From the NCBI GenBank assembly GCA_965248265.1, contig CBDFJF010000002.1, positions 480,001 through 544,000 of the forward strand: a DNA stretch of 64,000 nucleotides, in the 5' to 3' direction. Below the pieces are notes generated by a model that did not search any database, was not told where the DNA came from, and was given only the letters and a program-made list of their open reading frames with translations. The DNA comes from Candidatus Latescibacterota bacterium. GTDB taxonomy: Bacteria; Latescibacterota; UBA2968; UBA8231. Of this stretch, positions 56,973 through 64,000 are shown piece by piece (position 1 is the first letter of the stretch; every line of letters starts with the position of its first letter). Both the position numbers and the translations under genes were made by a program.

Positions 56973-58319
56973 CTACCCGGGTCCAGCCAGCAGAATGCCG
57001 CCTCCGAATGTGACGAAAGTAACGATGAATATGACGAATGTGTATCCCATGATCCGCCGCATCGGCAGGCCGGCGATGGCGAGCAGAGGGATCGTCCAGA
57101 ACGGTTGGATCATGTTCGTCCACTGATCGCCGTAGGCCACGGCCATGACGATCCGGGATGGGTCGGTGCCCAGCATGCGGGCCGCTTCGATGAAGATGGG
57201 GCCCTGAACAGCCCATTGGCCGCCGCCCGAGGGAATGAAAAAATTGATGAGGCCGGCGGACAGAAAGGCCCAGAAACCCAGCGTCTGCGCGCTGGCGATG
57301 GCGGTGAACCAGCCGGCAATGACCTCGACCAGTCCCGTGGTGATCATCAACCCCATTATACCGGCGTAAAGCGGGTACTGCAGAATGATCTGGCCCACCG
57401 TCGTGCTCGCGCCAGCGACGAGCCTGACGTAGTGGACGGGCGAGCGCGCCAACAGCATCCCCAGACACAGGAAAGACCAGTTGACGATGTTCAGCGTCAG
57501 ATCGAGGCCCTTCGACGAGAACCAATACACTAGATAGCAGGCCAGTGCGATGCCGAGCGCCGCACTGAGGATACGGGCGTTGTCGATGCGCTCGGCCATC
57601 GTGGTTTCGGCTGATGTCGCGCTCGAGGGCTCTTCTGGATCGAATTCACGGGTGTCCGCATCGAGGGGGATGACCTCTTCATCCGCTGGCCTCATGAGAG
57701 CGCAGGCCATCGGCACCAGCACAAGGGTGACCAGTGCCGTGGCGATGTTCCACCCCGCGAAAATCGTCTCGCTGACTGGAATGACTCCCCCGACCTGTTC
57801 CTCCAGGGCGTGACCGGGCGTGGCGACGAAGAGTGCTGCCGAGCTGGAGTATCCCATGTGCCAGACGACGAATCCGGCGTAGGCGGACGCGACCAGCAGC
57901 GGATAGTGCAGTCGAAGGCCGCGAGCGGCAGATCGAATGGCTACCTGGCGGGCGATGATGGCCCCCGCGACAAGGCCGAGAGACCAGGCAAAAAGAGAGG
58001 CCACGCCGGCGACGAGTGCGACGAGGGCGTATGCCGTAGATGCTCGGCGGGGTAGGGCTCCAAGCCAGGCAAGTGCAGCGCGAATCGTGTCGGTGTGAGC
58101 CAGTGCGTGCGCGGTGACGAGAGTCAGCGCGATCTGTGCCATGAAGGTAAGGAGCCCCTTGAGTCCCTCACCCCATGCGACGAGAACTTCCGCCGGTCCA
58201 GCTTCAGTCAGCCCCAGCGCCATCAGCCCGGCGACGAACGTCAGGACGATGGCGAAGACGAACGGGTCGGGGTAGAAGCGTTCGACGAGGACGATGAAGG
58301 GCTTTGCGAGGGTGCGCAT
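56973..58319 (-). CDS. atoE: short-chain fatty acid transporter (AtoE family)
   Basis: PDPFVFA, HYPLLVASAY, ILQYPLYAGIMG, FIPSGGGQWAVQGP, GDQWTNMIQPFW. Confidence 0.92.
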   Translation of the reverse strand: MRTLAKPFIVLVERFYPDPFVFAIVLTFVAGLMALGLTEAGPAEVLVAWGEGLKGLLTFMAQIALTLVTAHALAHTDTIRAALAWLGALPRRASTAYALVALVAGVASLFAWSLGLVAGAIIARQVAIRSAARGLRLHYPLLVASAYAGFVVWHMGYSSSAALFVATPGHALEEQVGGVIPVSETIFAGWNIATALVTLVLVPMACALMRPADEEVIPLDADTREFDPEEPSSATSAETTMAERIDNARILSAALGIALACYLVYWFSSKGLDLTLNIVNWSFLCLGMLLARSPVHYVRLVAGASTTVGQIILQYPLYAGIMGLMITTGLVEVIAGWFTAIASAQTLGFWAFLSAGLINFFIPSGGGQWAVQGPIFIEAARMLGTDPSRIVMAVAYGDQWTNMIQPFWTIPLLAIAGLPMRRIMGYTFVIFIVTFVTFGGGILLAGPG

Positions 58320-58418
58320 GACAGTCTTTGATTGTCGGCTCTCGTGCCACGTGGGCTACACCCACGTGCTAGTCAGCGTTGCTGCGTCACGGACCGAGTG
58401 TCGTTTGCTCCTCGAGCC

Positions 58419-59342
58419 TCAACCCCAGCTTTCCCGCTTGATCTGCGTCTTGTCCAGGCCGATTTCCTGCAGCATTGGGAGCATCGTCTCTACGAACTTC
58501 GGCGCCGGAGTCTCGCCCCTTTCCCCGGCCGCTTTGCGCTCGTGAGAGGAAATACCGGGTCCGCAGCAGAAGACGAAACGGTTGCTCGTGTCCTTGATCA
58601 AAGTCGACAGCAGATCGGGATCGATGCGCCCCCGACGGCTGCAAGGCAGACCGGCTGGATCCTCGCGCGTGATGCAGTTGACGATTTCGAACCTGTCGGG
58701 GTATCGCTGTCGCAGTTGCTCGAGGTCACGCGCGAATATGATGTCGGAAACGGTCTTGTTGCTGTAGACCAGGGTATGGCGCAGGCCGTCGTTGCAGTGG
58801 AGACTGTGCTTGATGAGGCCGAAATTGGGCACGATGCCGCTGCCAGCGCAGACATGGAGGATGGCGTCCGCGCGCTCGGCGATGTCGTCGGGGTAGGTGT
58901 AGGCTCCGGTAAAACCACTGATCTTCATGCGGCTGCCCGCCGGTATTTGGTAGGTGAGCAGCGGCGAGACCAGTGGCGGGTAGACGGTTTCGCCGGATAT
59001 GTATGGCTCTTCCTTGATGGTGATGGCCGCGTGCTCTTCATGCGGAGCCGAAGCCAGCGAGTAAGCCCGCGGCTTCTCGCGCTGACCCTTGGCGTCCTCG
59101 AGATAGCCGATTACCTGCTTGAGTGCGGGGAATTGCCGGGGGTCAATCGTCAGGAACTGACCGGCCGCGTACTCGAAGCGCTCGTCGGCAGCCAGAAACA
59201 GGGTGGCGGTGTCGGCGGTTTCCATGCGCACGCGCACAACGGTAACCTGCAATGCCTTCACGCGTCGTCTGGGCGCTGGCGGAGGCAATTCCGTCGGGCT
59301 GGGTGGTGCTGCTGCATCGAGACCTGCTTGATCTGGCGACAT
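58419..59342 (-). CDS. FAD/NAD(P)-binding oxidoreductase (FNR-like), no Fe-S domain
   Basis: AGQFL, RAYSLAS, AGSGIVP, FCCGP, terminal RESWG. Confidence 0.85.
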   Translation of the reverse strand: MSPDQAGLDAAAPPSPTELPPPAPRRRVKALQVTVVRVRMETADTATLFLAADERFEYAAGQFLTIDPRQFPALKQVIGYLEDAKGQREKPRAYSLASAPHEEHAAITIKEEPYISGETVYPPLVSPLLTYQIPAGSRMKISGFTGAYTYPDDIAERADAILHVCAGSGIVPNFGLIKHSLHCNDGLRHTLVYSNKTVSDIIFARDLEQLRQRYPDRFEIVNCITREDPAGLPCSRRGRIDPDLLSTLIKDTSNRFVFCCGPGISSHERKAAGERGETPAPKFVETMLPMLQEIGLDKTQIKRESWG

Positions 59343-59596
59343 ATCCGTAGCTTTTCGTGATCGAGCAGCGTTGGTAGTACGCAGGATTAGGCAAGAATAT
59401 CCTATACCGTGACGCGGAGCAACGCTATCAACAAGGGCTCCCGGGCTCAGTTGCGCAGAGCTACAGTCTCAGCGGGAGCCGTCTTTGGCCAATTGCATCA
59501 GTCTTGGCTCCTTCCTCCGAATCTCCGTACCCTATTGGTGTTGCTTGGCATTCGTACCTGGCGTTCGCTGCGCTGCTGTCTAATGGAGGAGAACTC

Positions 59597-60913
59597 ATGA
59601 GCAATGTCCCGATGACGCGATCTGACGAAGTTCTGGCCGTCCACAATACGAGATACTTTCACTCATCCACATTCGTTGAGCTGGAGGATGGCCGCGTCCT
59701 GCACGCGGCGAGTCGGACATTCACAACATCCGACGACGGCGGCCTGACCTGGTCCGCGGAATCACAGAGACGTGACATCGACGGCAACGAGGTCGGCGGT
59801 GGCGGCACGTCGTTGGTGAAGCTGTCCGGCAACGGCATTGGTCTGGCCGGTATGGATCAGGGCAAAGACGACCCCAGGGCCAAATCGGGTGTCGTGTTCT
59901 GGCGCTCAGAGGATGCCGGCGAGACCTGGGAGCCGCCGGTAAGGGTCACGCCGCATGGCATTGCAACGCACATATACCAGGATGTCTTGCTGCGGACTTC
60001 GTCAGGACGCCTCATCATGCCCGTGTACCTGTCAATGGGCCAGGGGATGGGACCGGGTGATGTGAAGCCACCCGGCAACGGCAAGCTGGTCCACAACCAA
60101 TGGGTCTCGACGAGCGCCCACTTCTTCGACCCCCACTTCAGCGCCGTTCGCGTGTTCTACTCGGACGACGACGGCCGGTCATGGCAACCCAACAAGGACG
60201 GCGAGCTGATGATTTTGTTGGATTGGTCCACGACTTTCAGCTACGCCAACGAACCCACCGCGACCGAGGTGTCGCCGGGCACCCTCCTGCTCGTGGCCCG
60301 GACGGGTTTGGGGCGCCACTTCCTGGCCTGGTCCTATGACGACGGCGAGACCTGGACGAGGCTGCAACCTAGCCCCCTGGCAGCGAGCACGACCCCGGCC
60401 CAGATACGCCAGATCCCCTCGACCGGTCACCTGCTCATGGTGTGGAACCAGGAAAACGAACAGGAGATCAAACGGGGCTACAACCGGACTCGACTGTCAT
60501 CGGCAGTCAGTCGGAACGGTGGAAGCGTCTGGGAGTTCTTCCAGAACATCGAGTCGATGCACGAGGCCACCCGCGTGGAGCCCGGCCCCATCCGCCCCGT
60601 TCATCCCGAAGAGTATCACGTCGAGCCCGGCGTGCCGGCGCCCGAGCGCGATCCCGAGCACATCGACCTGTACGACTTCCACGGCCGCTGGTCCTACCCA
60701 TCGGTGTTCGTCATGAAGGACCGCGTCCTCGTCGCGTATACTTACTCCTTCTATGAAGAGCATCCCACGAAAGCCCAGCTCGTGAACAGCAGAGAGAAAA
60801 ACGGCGCGCCCAACCAGAAGCTCAAAGTGCTGCCGTTGACCTGGTTTTACGGCGGCAAGGAGCCGGCGGACAACCCCTTCCTGCCCCGGGCACAGGAGCC
60901 TGCCAGTCCGTAG
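59597..60913 (+). CDS. BNR/Asp-box sialidase-like protein (paralog of 34935-36236)
   Basis: SDDGGLTW, SEDAGETW, SDDDGRSW, SYDDGETW, SRNGGSVW; GGAGGAG RBS. Confidence 0.87.
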   Translation: MSNVPMTRSDEVLAVHNTRYFHSSTFVELEDGRVLHAASRTFTTSDDGGLTWSAESQRRDIDGNEVGGGGTSLVKLSGNGIGLAGMDQGKDDPRAKSGVVFWRSEDAGETWEPPVRVTPHGIATHIYQDVLLRTSSGRLIMPVYLSMGQGMGPGDVKPPGNGKLVHNQWVSTSAHFFDPHFSAVRVFYSDDDGRSWQPNKDGELMILLDWSTTFSYANEPTATEVSPGTLLLVARTGLGRHFLAWSYDDGETWTRLQPSPLAASTTPAQIRQIPSTGHLLMVWNQENEQEIKRGYNRTRLSSAVSRNGGSVWEFFQNIESMHEATRVEPGPIRPVHPEEYHVEPGVPAPERDPEHIDLYDFHGRWSYPSVFVMKDRVLVAYTYSFYEEHPTKAQLVNSREKNGAPNQKLKVLPLTWFYGGKEPADNPFLPRAQEPASP

Positions 60914-60934
60914 CAGGATACGCAGTCCGTGAGG

Positions 60935-61215
60935 TCAACGAACGTCGAAGTCCAATTGTCCGAGGCCAAGCAGTGCTGCCATCTCCTCCTCGTCGAGGGG
61001 AGGGAAAACGCGAGTAGGTCCCACCGGTACACGATCTGCAGGTAGATCCCGGGCATGATGTTGTAGGTGGAGCCGAAGGCGGCGTCGGCTCCCATCACCA
61101 TCGCCGGCAGCGCCATCTCGTCGGGACCGGAAATAAGGTCGGCCTCGCGCCCAAGCCAGTACTGCACGATTCGCCTGCACATCTACCAGGCTGAGATCTA
61201 CGCCTACGAGGTCCG
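60935..61215 (-). pseudogene. DHDPS/N-acetylneuraminate lyase family remnant
   Basis: ISGPDEMALPAMVMGADAAFGSTYNIMP in one frame, then VPVGPTR..PPLDEEE in another after ~61033; the N-terminal half is missing. Confidence 0.7.
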
Positions 61216-61266
61216 CCCGGCGACCGAATATAATCACACTGTAGCCGCAAGCGAGGCCATATCATC

Positions 61267-62501
61267 ATGCGAGAGATGCCGGACGAACGATCACGTGAAT
61301 CCTTGGATTGCTGTGACACCATGGTCGCCCTGGGCGACTGCAGCGCCAGTGGCAGCACCCTGCTCGCCAAGAACAGCGATAGACCCGTGCACGAGGCCCA
61401 GCCTCTGGAACAGCACGCGCGTGCCCATCACGGTCCGGGAGCTGACGCCGGATGCCAGTTTATCCGTGTCCCGCAGGCCGAGACAACCTGGCGCCACGTG
61501 GGTTCGCGGCCACACTGGTGCCGCGGCTATGAGCAGGGGTTCAACGAGCACCAGGTCGCCATCGGCAATGAGTACCTGCCGGCGGTTCTGGACACGTCAA
61601 CCGAACCGAAGCTCATCGGCCATGAGCTGGTGCGTCTCGGGCTGGAGCGTGGGGAGCGGATCCGCGCGAGGCCTTTGTGATTGAAACAGTCGGTCACGAC
61701 TGGGCGGTGAAGGAGGCATCGGAGACGACGTCGATCAGCAATATCGGCAGCATTCGCGACGACTGGACTTCGACTTCAAAAGCTGGCGACGGCGAAGTTT
61801 TCGATTGGGCTGCGGCGTTCACAGACGGGGCTCCGAACCCGAAGGCGGTTCGACGTCAGTGCCGGACGGACGCGTTGCTGCGGGCCCGCCGAGGCGACAT
61901 CGACGCACGAACGGCAATCTCCGTTCTGTCCGATCACTGGCAAGACGACGACGTCAACTCCGATTTCAATCCCTTTCCCGGTGAGCGCAGAAGCGTCTGC
62001 ATGCATCCAATCGACGACAATCTGCAGAGCACGACGGCGAGCCTGGTAGCCGATCTGTGTACCGACGGCTCGCGCTTGCCCGTCTATTGGTGCGGGCTCT
62101 ACTCACCCTGCATGGCGCTGCATTTCCCGGTGTTCCTCGAAGGAGAGCTGCCCGCGCAGCTGGCGATCGGCCGTGCGGAGCGTACCGATGACAGCCCGTG
62201 GTGGATGTTTCATGATTTGACGGCGTCCGGTCTCGCCGAGGGGCATGAGCGCGTGGCGCAGATCAGGGACGGATGGAGCCCATTGCAAGAAGAGCTCTTA
62301 GAAACGGCCTATGAGTTGGCACACGAGGGTGCGGAGCTCATTCGGCAGGGCAGGGACGATGAGGCGAACCACGTGCTGACTGAGTACATGGCGCGCGCGG
62401 TCGATCCCATGCTGATGCAAGCGGGCGAGTTGCTGACGGGCGGGTCGCTCGTCGCGCGATCGACAACGGATCCAACGCTTTGGGGGCAGGTGTCGAGTTG
62501 A
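61267..62501 (+). pseudogene. C69 dipeptidase / secernin-like Ntn hydrolase with deletion and frameshift
   Basis: CDTMVALG..LLAKNSDR, GFNEHQVAIGNE, LVRLGLERG, then a frame switch at ~61655 to ADPREAFVIET. The usual intervening segment is absent; SVCMH, TTASLV and SPC follow downstream. Confidence 0.8.
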
Positions 62502-62794
62502 ACTCGGGACTCTGTGAGAGCGAGGATGGGTGTTTCGTGGGCTCGGCACAGCCTGGGGAGAGTGAATCCGGTGTTTCAGCTGCGGGTAGGTCCTCTACTA
62601 CTGGCGGTTGCCGGGCCCTCGCCCAGCCATCCGAAGCCCGTAGCACCCGCCGGCCTCGTGCGTCCCGTTCAGTGTTTCCGGGCTGGAGTACCCTCCCAGT
62701 CTCTCGGAGCTGGCGATACCGGAGAGATCAAAGAGCGGCGCTCGGCGACAGTCAACAGATAGAGCAACCAGAAACCGATTCTGAGGGGGTCGTC

Positions 62795-62817
62795 CTCAGG
62801 CGTCGCCAGGCTCAGTC
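62795..62817. repeat. direct repeat, copy 2 (3' end of the PPDK_N gene)
   Basis: Encodes ...TEPGDA* on the minus strand; 22/23 identical to 50314-50336. Confidence 0.75.
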
Positions 62818-63671
62818 AAGGTCGTGATCAGCCGACACTGCAACAGGTAGAGATCGTTGCCCTGGTAGGCGCTTTCCATGTCGACGGGCCACCCCATCTG
62901 TTCCTCCAGAACGATCGCCAGCCGTGCCATTTCAACGAGTTGCTCCTCCGACAATGTCGGCTGAGTGCGCATGAACCGGGGCACCGCTACCTCCGCGGTG
63001 CCATCGGGTGTCATCACTGTCATCCGGTCTTTCTCCGAGATGTTCGACTCGGTCACTGACAGGCCCTGCTTGTCGATGACGAAGGTGTCGGGACTGACGG
63101 TGCCTCCGACTATGCTCTCACCCAAGCCCCAGCTGGCGTTGACGACGACCTCGTCCCGGTTGTGGGTCACCGGGTTGGCGCTGAAAATGACCGCGGAAGA
63201 GTCGGCGCGTACCAGCTGCTGCACCAGGACGGCCATTTCGCATGGGACTTCATCCAGGCCATAGCGCTCCCGGTATTCGGCGACGCGCTCGGAGCGGGTG
63301 GATTGCCAGCAGCGCAGGATGGCGTCGGCCACGGCGGCGTCGCCGACCAGGTTGAGGAAGGTCTCATACTGGCCGGCGAAGGAGGCGAAGCGTCCGTCTT
63401 CGTCAATGGCCGAAGAGCGCACGGCGACACTGGGCTCGTCGACATCGGCGCGCCGGCCCATTTCACTATAGGCTTCCACGAGCTGGTTCCGCAGATCCGA
63501 CGGGAAGGCGTCATCATCGTCGCCATCTGACCATTGTTGGAAAGCCGCCGTGGTGAGGCAGAAGCCGGGCGGTACGCGATGCGCCCCGGCAAGCCGGCTG
63601 AGGTTAGCGACCTTGCCACCAACGGATGGGACGTCCTGACCTTCCGGTTCATCCAACCAGACGATGTTCAT
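62796..63671 (-). CDS. stand-alone PEP/pyruvate-binding ATP-grasp domain (PPDK_N; phenylphosphate synthase beta-like)
   Basis: VGGKVANL, VPPGF, VAVRSSAIDED...SFAGQYETFLN, MAVLVQQ, WGLGESIVGG, LYLLQCR; 291 aa; ATGA overlap with the upstream gene. Confidence 0.9.
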   Translation of the reverse strand: MNIVWLDEPEGQDVPSVGGKVANLSRLAGAHRVPPGFCLTTAAFQQWSDGDDDDAFPSDLRNQLVEAYSEMGRRADVDEPSVAVRSSAIDEDGRFASFAGQYETFLNLVGDAAVADAILRCWQSTRSERVAEYRERYGLDEVPCEMAVLVQQLVRADSSAVIFSANPVTHNRDEVVVNASWGLGESIVGGTVSPDTFVIDKQGLSVTESNISEKDRMTVMTPDGTAEVAVPRFMRTQPTLSEEQLVEMARLAIVLEEQMGWPVDMESAYQGNDLYLLQCRLITTLTEPGDA

Positions 63672-64000
63672 CGCATTACTATCGATCTTTTTTGTTCCAC
63701 GGACTTGTAGGCGGCCTCGGACACCCTGGCCACCTGGAAGGCGAATTCGGGTGGTTGGTAGCCCTTGCCATTGGTGCGAATCCATTTGAAGAAGGCGGCA
63801 TCGGGGGTGTTCTCCCGGATCCGCGCCGGAACCGCCATGGGCTCGTCATTGACGAGGGTTGATTTGAGCTGCCATTGATGCTGGTGGAAGACGATGCATC
63901 CTTTGGTGCCGTGGATGGCGACGCGCTCGTCGTGGCGGCTGGCATTGCCGAAGGTGTTGAGGGTGCCGGAGGCGCCGTCCTTGAAGCGGACGTTGATGAC
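63668..64000 (-). CDS. C-terminal part of a Gfo/Idh/MocA oxidoreductase (5' end outside window)
   Basis: Manual translation VINVRFKDGASGTL...VAIHGTKG...ARVSEAAYKSVEQKRSIVMR*. Confidence 0.7.
   Translation of the reverse strand, partial: VINVRFKDGASGTLNTFGNASRHDERVAIHGTKGCIVFHQHQWQLKSTLVNDEPMAVPARIRENTPDAAFFKWIRTNGKGYQPPEFAFQVARVSEAAYKSVEQKRSIVMR

Noticed and set aside
2814-59360. Long antisense ORFs (2814-3680, 6226-7155, 7507-8472, 8289-9263, 29247-30383, 42757-43806, 58332-59360)
   Set aside because: Each mirrors a motif-bearing gene on the other strand and has no motifs itself, as expected in high-GC DNA.
62505-62790. SAM-riboswitch-like words (GAGAG, GAGGG, GGCAACC) on the minus strand
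   Set aside because: Order and spacing do not fit SAM-I, and there is no downstream same-strand gene; an Rfam scan would settle it.
10603-63785. Extended N-termini in the ORF track (e.g. starts 11682, 22557, 27032, 31524, 38761, 43998, 63785)
   Set aside because: They overlap neighbouring genes or lack an RBS; downstream starts fit the family N-termini better.

Overview
This is a GC-rich, diderm bacterial chromosomal window (it encodes a porin and an Omp85-like barrel) made mostly of loosely organised catabolic paralogs: 4 PhyH dioxygenases, 3 Asp-box/BNR sialidase-like propellers, 2 enolase-superfamily enzymes, CBM9-like proteins, Gfo/Idh/MocA enzymes and amidohydrolases. That repertoire resembles Latescibacterota/Poribacteria-like marine genomes (inference). 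I saw no rRNA, tRNA, CRISPR array or integrase. Highlights: (1) a >838-codon gene missed by the ORF track (<1..2515, minus) fusing a STAND/AAA_35-type NTPase, one TM helix, a transglutaminase-like Cys domain and TPR, behind a sigma54-type promoter; (2) a LamG + HEAT + Omp85-like barrel surface protein; (3) a split PEP-synthase/RPH-like small-molecule kinase whose two halves lie ~32 kb apart; (4) a 179-bp MITE with TIRs and a CTA duplication; (5) an AT-richer wzm/wzt-methyltransferase island inside a 12.5-kb segment bounded by a 22/23-bp direct repeat; (6) reciprocal remnants of a duplicated CBM9-like gene pair; (7) a sigma28-type promoter ahead of a 60-aa orphan ORF; (8) many genes damaged by internal deletions or single-base indels, which is either real decay or assembly error. 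Product calls rest on motifs read by eye; no searches were run.
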